From Thermodesulfobacteriota bacterium (GTDB lineage: Bacteria > Desulfobacterota > Desulfarculia > JACQYL01): DNA of 64,000 bases. The stretch is from positions 384,001 through 448,000 of the forward strand of contig CAXXLZ010000002.1 in NCBI GenBank assembly GCA_963675595.2, in the 5' to 3' direction. The notes beneath the pieces were generated by a model. It did not search any database. It worked only from the letters and a program-made list of their open reading frames with translations, and was not told the DNA's origin. Positions 38,013-47,468 of the stretch are shown piece after piece (the stretch's first letter is position 1; each line of letters opens with the position of its first letter). A program made the translations under genes and the position numbers.

Positions 38013-39167
38013 TTAGAAAGCGTTCCTGTAAATCTCCAACGCGTCTTCGAATTGAACGGGTTTCGGATTGTTGGCCATGGGCCGAGCCACCTTCAGAGAG
38101 CCTTCAGCCATCTCTTCCAGGGAATCCTCGGGAATATCCAGACTTCCCAGGTTTTCAGGGATTCCGATGTCGGAAGAAAGCTGAAATACGGCATCCACGG
38201 CCTCCAGGGCGCAATCCCTGAGGGAAAGGCCCTCGCAGCACACACCCAAAGCTTCCGCAAGGCGCGCAAAGCGCTCCATGGCCGCAGGCACGTTGTATTC
38301 CATAACATGGGGCAGGAGCACGGCGTTGGCGGTTCCGTGGTTGATCCCGAACAAAGCGCCCAACGGATAGGCCAGCGCATGCGCCGCGCCCACTCCGGCA
38401 TTGGCCAGCGCCATGCCGGCGCAGTAACTCCCGAAAAGCATCCTCGAACGGGTTTCCGCTACCTCTCCCCGATACACGGCGTTGCGGAGATTGGCACCGA
38501 TGAGGCGCACGGCCTCCAGAGCGTAAAGGTCGCTCGCGGGGTTGGCCTGCCGAGACGTAAAGGCCTCGATGGCATGGGTCAACGCGTCCATGCCTGTGAA
38601 CGCGGTGACTTTTGGAGGACACCCCATCGTTAGTTCGGGATCCAGCAAGGCCAGGTCGGGGAACATCTTTTCATCGTTGATGCCGCCCTTGCTTTTGGAT
38701 TCACGCATGGTGAACACCGCGGTAAAGGTGACTTCCGCACCGGTGCCCGCAGTGGTGGGAATCAGGATGGAGGGCAGCCCTTTCTGTTTTACCAGGCCCA
38801 GTCCGATATAATCTTGAGCGGAGCCCTGATTCTTGGCGAGCATGGCCACGGCCTTGGCCACGTCCATGGAACTGCCTCCGCCCACGCCGATGACCGCCTG
38901 TGCTTTGTGCTCGCGTGCCAGAGCCGCACCTTCATCCGCCGACGCCGGAGACGGCTCAGGTTCCAGATTCGTAAACAATTCCGCTTTAACGGAGCCTTGT
39001 TTCAACGGTTCCAAAATACGCGAAGGCATGCCCGTTTCCGCCAGGCCCCGATCCATGACGACCAGAACTCGTCGGGCTCCCAATTTCTTGGCCTCGTCCG
39101 CAAGCCCCGAAACGGCTCCACAGCCGAAGACCGTTTTTCCGGCCCCTTGTATGGCAAACTGGCTCAT
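38013..39167 (-). CDS. iron-containing alcohol dehydrogenase (candidate KdnB-equivalent Kdo 8-oxidase)
   Basis: GGGSSMDVAK, PTTAGTGAEVT, DALTHAIE and AHAL...HG. Lies 11 bp upstream of kdnA. Confidence 0.85.
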   Translation of the reverse strand: MSQFAIQGAGKTVFGCGAVSGLADEAKKLGARRVLVVMDRGLAETGMPSRILEPLKQGSVKAELFTNLEPEPSPASADEGAALAREHKAQAVIGVGGGSSMDVAKAVAMLAKNQGSAQDYIGLGLVKQKGLPSILIPTTAGTGAEVTFTAVFTMRESKSKGGINDEKMFPDLALLDPELTMGCPPKVTAFTGMDALTHAIEAFTSRQANPASDLYALEAVRLIGANLRNAVYRGEVAETRSRMLFGSYCAGMALANAGVGAAHALAYPLGALFGINHGTANAVLLPHVMEYNVPAAMERFARLAEALGVCCEGLSLRDCALEAVDAVFQLSSDIGIPENLGSLDIPEDSLEEMAEGSLKVARPMANNPKPVQFEDALEIYRNAF

Positions 39168-39410
39168 TCTTTTCCTCTTTTCTCCTTGAAATAACGGCTT
39201 GCTCCAATGATCGACGGGGGAAACTCCAATAAGGAGCATACCCCCGTCGGTCCTGTTGTTCGGATATATCCGCCGCGCTCGTGCCGCACAATCCCGGGCC
39301 CTGCCGGAGCGCGCCGGCCCGAGAAAATTCGTCCGCCCGAGTCCTCACCGCGAGACATGCCCATCGAACCCGATGGGTTCGATTACCGTCTCCCGCGGCG
39401 AGGTATAAGG

Positions 39411-39794
39411 TCAATAGTGGGGCGTCTGTTCATAATAGTAGGCACAGGCATCGTCGGATTCCCACGCCGCCACTTTGTCCACACGCACGAGACTGCGGTT
39501 CAGCTTCTTGGATATCTCATCAAAAATGTAGCGGGCGATTCTCTCCGACGACGGATTCTCCGTCTTGAACGGCTCCAAATCGTTGAGGTGCTTGTGATCC
39601 AGCTCCTCCAACACCTGATACGTCGCGTCCTTGACCTCTTTGAAGTCTATCAGAAGTCCATTTTCATCCAGTTCGGACCCCCTGACCCACACTTCCACCT
39701 TCCAGTTATGGCCGTGCAAGGCTTCGCACTTGCCCTTGAAGTTCTTCAGGCTGTGGGCCGCAGAAAAACTCGTAATGATCTTCAGTTCATACAT
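39411..39794 (-). CDS. queD: 6-carboxytetrahydropterin synthase
   Basis: FSAAH, KCEALHGHNWKVEV, LDHKHLN and NPSSE. Confidence 0.93.
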   Translation of the reverse strand: MYELKIITSFSAAHSLKNFKGKCEALHGHNWKVEVWVRGSELDENGLLIDFKEVKDATYQVLEELDHKHLNDLEPFKTENPSSERIARYIFDEISKKLNRSLVRVDKVAAWESDDACAYYYEQTPHY

Positions 39795-39916
39795 ACTTGT
39801 CATTTCCTCGCCAAAGCTTGAATCCCGTCGGTGGAATACGGCTTCCGTCAGGCCGCGGCTCCGCGGAAACCGCACTTCTCGAAACATTCGTTCCGCACGA
39901 GGCCGGCATGAACTTC

Positions 39917-40177
39917 TCAGACGGGATCACCCGTGTAAGGTTTGCCGCAAATCTGGCATTTCCCGTTTTTTCCGATGACTCCGATACAAGATCCGTCGGA
40001 ACAGAGTTTTCGCTTGGAGAAGTCCGTCTCCTCCACTATGACTTCTTTCTCTTTCTCGTCGGGCAACGGTTGACCGCACCGACAACAAAACTTGCTGCCC
40101 GAGGGGGAGTGACCGCTGCAATGGGGACACACCTCGTGAGGAATTTCGTTACCGCAATCCGGACATCTCATATTCAA
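39917..40177 (-). CDS. double zinc-ribbon protein
   Basis: CPDCG, CPHC, FCCRCG and LCSDGSCIG...CQICG. Confidence 0.75.
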   Translation of the reverse strand: MNMRCPDCGNEIPHEVCPHCSGHSPSGSKFCCRCGQPLPDEKEKEVIVEETDFSKRKLCSDGSCIGVIGKNGKCQICGKPYTGDPV

Positions 40178-40471
40178 GCCTCTCTCTGAGCCTGACGGGT
40201 TGTAAGGGAATTACGTCGTTGTACCTGCGGTGATTCGGCTTGTCAACCAAAGGCGAAACAGCGCCGAACAAGTAGTGCATTCTTGTAAACACGTCTTTTT
40301 CAGAGGTGTCATATGAAGTCCGAAACGTGCTCGGACTCAGTAGTCTGTTCACTTCGGGTCCGAAAGCCGGGTCACCTCCCCGTTGAAAAGTCCATATGCC
40401 CGCAAACACGCCGGAACTCGCATGGGTTCGCTTCAAACCGTCCCGGTGTACCCTTGAATCGCCGCCTGTTG

Positions 40472-40500
40472 TTGACATAGGCCCCCTCAAGGAATAGATT
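40472..40500 (+). promoter_or_regulatory. sigma70-type promoter of the His-rich peptide gene
   Basis: TTGACA-17 bp-TAGATT, 55 bp upstream of the ATG. Confidence 0.6.
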
Positions 40501-40555
40501 CAATCAAAACGAGCTCACGAAGGGCTCAACATTCCTAAGAAAGGGAGGACTGCGT

Positions 40556-40816
40556 ATGGAAGGAAAACACGAACACCAGCATCTGCACGCCCACGAGCAC
40601 GAGCATGTTCATCAACACGAGCACAGCCACGGAGACCAGGTGCATTCCCATGAACATGAGCATGTTCACGTTCACGAACATTCCCACGAACACATTCACG
40701 AGCATGTTCACGGCGACGACGCCCACACCCATGACCACGATCACCATGGAGAACATGGTCTCCATCATCACGATCACCCGGGGCACGAGGGGGAAGTCCA
40801 CGGCCACGCCCATTGA
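40556..40816 (+). CDS. His-rich (37 of 86 residues) small metal-binding protein
   Basis: (HX)n alternation. Has a GGGAGG RBS, its own promoter and a downstream terminator. Confidence 0.8.
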   Translation: MEGKHEHQHLHAHEHEHVHQHEHSHGDQVHSHEHEHVHVHEHSHEHIHEHVHGDDAHTHDHDHHGEHGLHHHDHPGHEGEVHGHAH

Positions 40817-40866
40817 TGAAGATCGAGAGAGGCTCTCGAAGCTTCTCTCATAACTTACCGAATATG

Positions 40867-40909
40867 AAAACGGCGGGGAAATCGGATGATCGGTTTCCTC
40901 GCTTTTTTT
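40867..40909 (+). terminator. Rho-independent terminator after the His-rich gene
   Basis: GCGGGGAAATCG...CGGTTTCCTCGC followed by a T-run. Confidence 0.6.
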
Positions 40910-41319
40910 AGACCGGGTTCCCGGTCGACGTCCGGGGTCGGCCGTATCGCCTTACGCCGCTCCGAAGAGGCTGGAAGGACAATTACGGAGTGATTCGGGC
41001 TAAAACCGGCAAAATTTCACACAATCCCACTTGGCGGTCGAATCTCAAAGAAAATTCGATCATCCGGAACCGAATACCGAGCGACCGGGGTTTGCCCGAA
41101 CGCAATCCGATTGCTATCCTGTTATGAAGTCATCTCCCCGTTCCCGTAGCGATAGCTCCTGCAAGCGTTTTCCGATAAGTCCCGTCCCGCCTGCGCATCC
41201 GACTCCTCACACCGCCGACCGGCAGTGCCGGTATTGGAGTGGACGGCGGTCTTAGGATACCGCGCCGGTGACCCTCCCGGCGTCCTGTCCCGTCCCACCC
41301 GAATACAGGAGGCGCCTCA

Positions 41320-43209
41320 GTGAAGACTTTCTTAAGAATCCTTTTGTGCTTTTTCCTGGTTCCCTTCTTTTCGCCCTTGCCCGATGCCGCGGCTCAGTTC
41401 GACCCGCCTTCCATAGGAAGATTCGCGGTGATGTCCGTCAACGGTGAGGGCATGTATCTCTTTTCCATCACAGGACCCGGTCCGTTCGATATTGCATCGG
41501 TAAGTGTCGACGGTCCCTCCGGAATAGTCGAGTTCGGGCCGGACGAATTGCTGATGCGCCTCTCGCAGAACACCCGGACTTTTGACTACCTGATCCAAAC
41601 CACAGCCGCATCGGTCACGGGAACTCACACGATCACCGTGGAAGACGCCTTGGGGAGAACGGACGAAGCTTCGGCGGATTTTACCTTCAGAGACGACGTG
41701 CCCGCACCGCCGATGGAGAGCCTGAGTCCCCAAGATGAGGCATATGCGGGCGGTACCACTCCCACACTGAGCTTCTCGCCCGTAACCGGAGACTATCGTT
41801 ACATCATTCACGCCCGGGCCTTCAACGACCCGCTGACTATTGTCTGGAACTCGGACTTCCTGTTGGAACCTTCCGTGAAAATTCCCGCCGGAATCCTTTG
41901 GGAAGGCGATGCCTACGACTGGTATGCCGCGGTTACCGATGCATCGGATGCCGACAATCCCTCGGGCAACTATCGCCTGTCGGGTCCCTATCGATTCTAC
42001 GCCGGTTCGAAAGGTACACCGCTGGTCGGCAGCGCCGGCGCGGCGGTCATCGATCGCCCCTCGCTCCCCGACCTCTTTCTTTACGGTTTCCGGGTCGAGA
42101 ATGTGGCGCCGTGGGACTTGGTTTCTCTGACGGCGGTCCAGCCCGGAGGGCAGGAAACCGTGTACGATACCTTTACCACTTCCATCCAAATATTCGAACC
42201 TCAGATCACCTATGCTTTCCCATCCGGTTTGGCCGACGGCACACATGATTTGCTTCTCGAGGACGACGAAGGTCGATCGGAGGCGTTCTCCCTCGAGTAC
42301 TCGAAAGGCGAGGCTCCGGCGGTGGACGAGTCGTTGAGGACACCGGCCGACAAGTCTTATGTGAGCACCCTCACGCCTTTGCTCCAATGGACGCCGCCCG
42401 CGGAAGGGCTCTACTATCGAGTCATGGTCTACAAGTACAAATCAAGCACCATCATTTACGAAGGCCGGTTTTCCAATGAGACTTCGGCTAGCGTGCCTGA
42501 AAACCTGCTTGTGAACCATGCATCGTACCAGTGGGAAGTCCACGTATGCCCTTCACTGGACCCCCTCGGGCTCATGGTATACAGTAAACGGGCCGCATTC
42601 ACCGTGAACCTGAACCCGACTCTTCCCGACAACGGTATCTGGAAAAGCGACGACGGATCCCTGAATTTCTACCTTCAGAAGTACGAAGCCGGTTCCGCCA
42701 TTGTGGTCGTCAAGGACACGGGCGGAACATACACGGTGTTTCTCGACCCGGACTATTTCGACGGCATTGATCAGGCTCAAGATTTCGACCAGGGAGGGTA
42801 CTCCCTCTCCCTGAATTTCACGGACACTTCCCACGGCACCTTGTCGGGGACCCTACCGGGCGGCTCCGTGTCAAACATACCCGTGTCCTTGGCTTTCGCC
42901 GACACGCACGCGCCCGAGGGACCGGTCAACGGAATCTGGAAGAGCGACGACGGATTGCTCAATTTCTACCTTCAGAAATACGAAGCCGGATCGGTCATTC
43001 TGGTGGTCAAATATCAGGGAGGCGGCTACGCGGTCTTCTTGGACGGTGATTACCCGGACGGCGTGAGCGCGGAAGACGATTTCGACGGCCGAGGCTACAA
43101 TATGACCTTGAGCCTCACGGACCAGTCTCAGGGCCTCTTTTCAGCTTCGCTGCCGGGGGGCGAGCTTTCTTCCACGGCAGTATCAAGATGGTTCGGAGAT
43201 ATCCGTTAA
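41320..43209 (+). CDS. secreted acidic beta-rich hypothetical protein with two Ig/FnIII-like repeats and two C-terminal ~99-aa GIWK repeats
   Basis: Signal peptide ending AAA-Q. Repeats TTPTLSFSP/TLTPLLQWTP. GIWKSDDG.LNFYLQKYEAGS occurs at 42634 and 42931. Confidence 0.75.
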   Translation: MKTFLRILLCFFLVPFFSPLPDAAAQFDPPSIGRFAVMSVNGEGMYLFSITGPGPFDIASVSVDGPSGIVEFGPDELLMRLSQNTRTFDYLIQTTAASVTGTHTITVEDALGRTDEASADFTFRDDVPAPPMESLSPQDEAYAGGTTPTLSFSPVTGDYRYIIHARAFNDPLTIVWNSDFLLEPSVKIPAGILWEGDAYDWYAAVTDASDADNPSGNYRLSGPYRFYAGSKGTPLVGSAGAAVIDRPSLPDLFLYGFRVENVAPWDLVSLTAVQPGGQETVYDTFTTSIQIFEPQITYAFPSGLADGTHDLLLEDDEGRSEAFSLEYSKGEAPAVDESLRTPADKSYVSTLTPLLQWTPPAEGLYYRVMVYKYKSSTIIYEGRFSNETSASVPENLLVNHASYQWEVHVCPSLDPLGLMVYSKRAAFTVNLNPTLPDNGIWKSDDGSLNFYLQKYEAGSAIVVVKDTGGTYTVFLDPDYFDGIDQAQDFDQGGYSLSLNFTDTSHGTLSGTLPGGSVSNIPVSLAFADTHAPEGPVNGIWKSDDGLLNFYLQKYEAGSVILVVKYQGGGYAVFLDGDYPDGVSAEDDFDGRGYNMTLSLTDQSQGLFSASLPGGELSSTAVSRWFGDIR

Positions 43210-43347
43210 CCCAAGTTCCTTTACTCGAAAAAGGTGCAATGGGGCTCTCCGCGGGAGGCACCCATTCTACGTGCCCGCACGGGGAGCTCCTTTGCAGATT
43301 CAGGAGATGTGAGGAACGTTGGAAATGAGTGAGGAGACCTAGTTCCG

Positions 43348-43374
43348 CCTCAGCCTCTCCGCCGAAGCCGGTGA
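43348..43374 (+). repeat. palindromic intergenic repeat, motif A copy
   Basis: CCTCAGCCTCTCCGCCGAAGCCGGTGA versus CCTCAGCCTCTCCGCCGCAGGCGGTGA at 60126. Confidence 0.65.
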
Positions 43375-43396
43375 TACGCCGACCCCGAGCACCCAC

Positions 43397-45271
43397 TCAG
43401 CGCGTTCTCCTCCCCGACCTCTGGTTTGAGCCTTCCTCTTCGTCGGAACCGGACGCAGAGGCCGACTCCAGAATCAAAGGCCTATACAGGGAGGGTCTAC
43501 GGGACGAAACGGCCTTTTCTTGATTGAACCACCAGTTCTTCGCCAGGGTGGTGAACTCGACCACGAGCACCTCTTCCGAGTCCCCTGAAGCGACAATGGG
43601 CCGATCGTGACTCTCGGACGGCTCCAAACCGTAGAGGGCCGTTCTTCCTAAAAATCCATCACCGCCGACAAAGTTGGCCACCAAGGTATAGGCTTGAGCC
43701 GTCCGAGCGGTGGAATCCCACACGGATAAAGCGCCCTCGGGGTAGAACTTCTCCGAAATCGCCGAACTGCCGAGGACCTCCTTGCCGAACTCCCCTTTCC
43801 AGGCCGATGGTATCGCGATCACATCGGCGCGCTTTACCATAAGGACACCCGCAGCCTCGGGAAAAAGGACGTCTTCACCGATGAGCAATCCCATTCGTCC
43901 CAGACGAGTTTGAAAAACGGGGATGTCGTCGCCGGGCTCCGCCCAGGTCAAATCCGATTCCCCCAGATGAGTCTTTCGGTATGTCCCGACAATGTCGCCG
44001 TCGGGGCCCACCAGCATGGCGGTGTTGTAAAGCCGATCTCCCTCCCGCTCGATGAAGCCGAAAATCAGATACACCTGCTCGCCCCGTGCCAGGTTGATGA
44101 ACCGACGCACCATTTCACCGTCCCGGGTCTGCGACAGCCCCAGCGCTCTTGAACGGTTGTCCACTTCACCCGTAGCTGAGAGCTCGGGGAGTACCACCAA
44201 ATCCAGATTCTGGTTCCAGTTCACCTTCCGGATCAGCCTTCGGATCATTTCCACGTTGGACTCGGGGTCGCCGCCGGTGGGGTCGTATTGGAGCAAGGCC
44301 GCGGTAATCTTTTTGGGCTCCTCGGTCTTCTGCTCATCCCACGGCGACACGTACAGGAGAAGCTCCTTGTAAAGTTCGGGACGACGGCCGGCCAGCCGTC
44401 TTTTACCGGCATTGTCGTATTTCGTCGGATCAATCCGCGCATATAGGATCGTGGTTTCGTCCACGTCGTCTTCCTCTTGGGGGAGCCATTCCGATTCCGC
44501 CAGATTGAGCCCTTCGGGCGACCAGACCGCGCTCGCCCCGATCATGTGGAAACCCTTTTCGGTGTTGGTACGATTCGCAGCCACAATGTACAGCCCGTTT
44601 TGTTCCGCTCTGCCCTGAAGGATCGAGAGGGACGTGGAGCCCGAGTTCGTGGGTATGGCCAGAATATCCGCACCCTGCAAGGCGGCCAGCCGTGCGGGCT
44701 CAAAGTAAAGCGAATCCATACAGATATTGACGGCGACACCTCCCAGGTCCGTGGGAAACACCGGTACACCCAGATCCCCACGCACCGCCCAGTGAGCCTC
44801 CGTTTCCCATTGGTGGGTCTTCCGGTACTTGCCGATGTATCCTTCCGGCCCGACCAGAAAGGCGGAATCGTAATAGAGTTTCGTCTCCGGATCCACCTCC
44901 GGCATGCCTGCCACAATGTAGACCCCGTGCTGTCGCGCGGCTTCTACGAAACGGTCCGTTGTTCGTCCCGGAATGGTATCCACGAAGGGCGCAACGGCTT
45001 TCCGATCGGCGTAATCGTATCCCGTGACGGCCATTTCCGGCGCCACTACGAGTCGCGCTCCCTCTCCGGCGGCCCGCCCCACCGCTTCCAGCAGACGATC
45101 GACGTTCCCCTCCCGCTGATTCAATTCCGGGTTGAACTGGATCGCCGCCACAATAAAGGTCCCATCAGGTACGGTGAACCCCGCCGGCCCCGTGGCACAG
45201 GCCGCGAAAAGCAGCAAGGACAAAAGCGGAAACAACCATGCCGGCCGTAGAAAGCGTGATTTCGAGATCAT
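43397..45271 (-). CDS. two-domain carbon-nitrogen hydrolase (nitrilase superfamily) lipoprotein
   Basis: Lipobox LFAAC. Domain 1 has APE/YRKTH/ICMD. Domain 2 has LPE/YRKTH/IGED. Confidence 0.85.
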   Translation of the reverse strand: MISKSRFLRPAWLFPLLSLLLFAACATGPAGFTVPDGTFIVAAIQFNPELNQREGNVDRLLEAVGRAAGEGARLVVAPEMAVTGYDYADRKAVAPFVDTIPGRTTDRFVEAARQHGVYIVAGMPEVDPETKLYYDSAFLVGPEGYIGKYRKTHQWETEAHWAVRGDLGVPVFPTDLGGVAVNICMDSLYFEPARLAALQGADILAIPTNSGSTSLSILQGRAEQNGLYIVAANRTNTEKGFHMIGASAVWSPEGLNLAESEWLPQEEDDVDETTILYARIDPTKYDNAGKRRLAGRRPELYKELLLYVSPWDEQKTEEPKKITAALLQYDPTGGDPESNVEMIRRLIRKVNWNQNLDLVVLPELSATGEVDNRSRALGLSQTRDGEMVRRFINLARGEQVYLIFGFIEREGDRLYNTAMLVGPDGDIVGTYRKTHLGESDLTWAEPGDDIPVFQTRLGRMGLLIGEDVLFPEAAGVLMVKRADVIAIPSAWKGEFGKEVLGSSAISEKFYPEGALSVWDSTARTAQAYTLVANFVGGDGFLGRTALYGLEPSESHDRPIVASGDSEEVLVVEFTTLAKNWWFNQEKAVSSRRPSLYRPLILESASASGSDEEEGSNQRSGRRTR

Positions 45272-45459
45272 CGTCGCCCCTTCCGATCAACCCGTTGTAG
45301 ACATCCAATCACTGCGGGCCTGTGAAAAACGATGAAATACGTGGCGCGCAAATCCCGGGGAGTCGGACGTACACGGAGTATGTGGCGCCGACGAGGGAAG
45401 AAGTGCAACGCCGCGGATCGCGTTTTTCACCGGCCCGGTTGGCCTCGGCAGCGCGGTCG

Positions 45460-45999
45460 TCAGGCCCCCGACCGCATTCCGAAGTAACCCGACAAGAGAC
45501 ACAAGGACAAGATCGTCTTGCTGTCCGTGATTTTTTCACGTCCCACGAGGTCCCGGACTTCGTCCAGGGTCAGAATCTCTACTTTGGATATTTCGTTCTC
45601 GTCCACGAAATCGTTCTTTTTTTCGAGGTTGCGGGCTTCGAAAATCTCAATCACCTCGTCGGAATAGCCAATAGCCGGGTAATAGGCGAAAATCCGGCGG
45701 AGGAGGCCCGCTTCGTAGCCGGTTTCCTCGAGGAGTTCTCGACGAGCGCACACCTCGACGGTTTCACCCGGGTCCGTCTTACCGGCCGGGATTTCCAGCG
45801 TTTCTCGGCCTATGGCATAGCGATACTGCCGGACCATGAGAATCCGTCCATCATCGAGAAAGGGCGCCACGGCGGCGGCCGTGGGGTGGTTCACCCGGAT
45901 GCGCTCGGTGGTATGACCGGACCGAAGGCGGACTTCATCGAGGTGAGCGGAGAAATGCCTAGCGGAAATGCTTGCCAGAGTCCGTAATCTTTCTTCCAT
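45460..45999 (-). CDS. NUDIX hydrolase (ADP-ribose pyrophosphatase-like)
   Basis: VRQYRY, EIPAGKTDPGETVEVCARRELLEETG and ITDSKT. Confidence 0.92.
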   Translation of the reverse strand: MEERLRTLASISARHFSAHLDEVRLRSGHTTERIRVNHPTAAAVAPFLDDGRILMVRQYRYAIGRETLEIPAGKTDPGETVEVCARRELLEETGYEAGLLRRIFAYYPAIGYSDEVIEIFEARNLEKKNDFVDENEISKVEILTLDEVRDLVGREKITDSKTILSLCLLSGYFGMRSGA

Positions 46000-46007
46000 A
46001 TGTTCAC

Positions 46008-47456
46008 TCAGCCTTTGATAACGCCCCAGGGATTCAATCGCGCCACTTTCCGGGAAATTCCGGATTGATGCGCCACGTTCACCACCTGGTCGATGTTCTT
46101 GTATGCCTCGGGCATTTCTTCAGCCAGGGTCGCTTTGCCCGCGGACTTCACGTAAATGCCCTGATCTTCCAACTCCCTGTAGAGGGCTCTCCCCCGGGCG
46201 CTCTTTTTCGCCGCGGTTCTGGAGAGCACTCTGCCGGCTCCGTGACATGTGGAGCCGAACGTCTGCTCCATGGCTCCCCGGGTTCCCGCCATGATGTAGG
46301 AGTGAGTCCCCATATCCCCGGGAATGAGAACGGGTTGACCCGTGTCTCGAAAGGCGGCGGGCAGATCTGGATGGCCCGGAGGGAACGCCCGCGTGGCCCC
46401 TTTACGGTGAACACACACTTTCATTTTTTTGCCGTCGATGTGGTGCTCCTCCACCTTGGCGATGTTATGACAAACATCGTAAAGCAGACGGATTCCGTGC
46501 TCTCTCGGCGCCAATCCCAACTGCTGTTCGAAAGTCTCGATGGTCCAGTGCATGAGCATCTGGCGGTTGGCCCAGGCGTAGTTGGCCGCGCAGGCCATGG
46601 CGCCGCGGTAGCGTCGAGCGGTTTCCGAACCGAGAGGAGCATAGACCAATTGTCGATCCGGCGGCATCCGGTTGTCCCGCCTGCTTTCCCGCTGCAGGAT
46701 CTCGAGAAAATCCTCGCAGACTTGATGCCCCAAACCCCGTGAGCCCGAGTGGATCAGCACCGTGACGCGCCCTTCCTCCAAACCGAAAGAGGCGGCCGTC
46801 TCCGCATCATAAACCTCGTCCACCCACCCCACTTCCACAAAATGATTGCCGGACCCCAAGGTGCCGAGCTGCGACTTGCCTCGTTGCATGGCCCGGTCTC
46901 CGACCTCTCGAGGGTCCGCCTCTTCCAGTACCCCTCCCTCTTCGGTATGAAGCAGATCGTCCGGTTCGCCGAATCCTTCCTTCACCGCCCAGCCTGCCCC
47001 CTCCTTGAGCACCCGTCGCTCGTCGGCGGAGGACAGCTTGATGGGCCCTTTGCTCCCCATACCCGTGGGAATATGATTGAAAAGACCGATCACCAGGTCC
47101 TTGATCCGGTCCGCGATGTCCTCACGTTTCAGCGCCGTGATCAGAAGCCGACAACCGCAATTGATATCGTACCCCACACCGCCCGGGGAAACCACACCAT
47201 CCTCCATGCGGAAAGCGGCCACGCCGCCGATGGGGAAACCATATCCCGAGTGCGCGTCGGGCATGGCCAAGGCATATTTCAATATGCCCGGGAGCTGCGC
47301 CACCCGGGCCAATTGAACCACACTATCATCGGCCTGAATCGCGGGGATCATCTCTTCCGATGCATAGACAATTCCGGGTACGCGCATATCTCCGGTCTTG
47401 GGAATCTCCCAACGACAGGCGTCGAGTCGCTGCAATTTAATCTTGGAGGCGCTCAC
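46008..47456 (-). CDS. rtcB: RNA-splicing/repair ligase RtcB
   Basis: MPDAHSGYGFPIGG, GYDINCG, GSGNHF, HSGSRG, HRKGATR, STCHGAGR and EEMPEAYK. Confidence 0.96.
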   Translation of the reverse strand: MSASKIKLQRLDACRWEIPKTGDMRVPGIVYASEEMIPAIQADDSVVQLARVAQLPGILKYALAMPDAHSGYGFPIGGVAAFRMEDGVVSPGGVGYDINCGCRLLITALKREDIADRIKDLVIGLFNHIPTGMGSKGPIKLSSADERRVLKEGAGWAVKEGFGEPDDLLHTEEGGVLEEADPREVGDRAMQRGKSQLGTLGSGNHFVEVGWVDEVYDAETAASFGLEEGRVTVLIHSGSRGLGHQVCEDFLEILQRESRRDNRMPPDRQLVYAPLGSETARRYRGAMACAANYAWANRQMLMHWTIETFEQQLGLAPREHGIRLLYDVCHNIAKVEEHHIDGKKMKVCVHRKGATRAFPPGHPDLPAAFRDTGQPVLIPGDMGTHSYIMAGTRGAMEQTFGSTCHGAGRVLSRTAAKKSARGRALYRELEDQGIYVKSAGKATLAEEMPEAYKNIDQVVNVAHQSGISRKVARLNPWGVIKG

Positions 47457-47468
47457 AAAGGTTTCCGT

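Noticed and set aside
40535-40813. Hydrophobic Met/Val-rich 92-aa ORF on the minus strand
   Set aside because: It is the antisense image of the CAY-rich His peptide. Promoter, RBS and terminator support the plus strand.
43397-45271. This nitrilase as the missing NitC of the rSAM-GNAT/AIRS module
   Set aside because: It is 37 kb away, two-domain and exported, and has CMD rather than the CWEH motif of true nitrilases.
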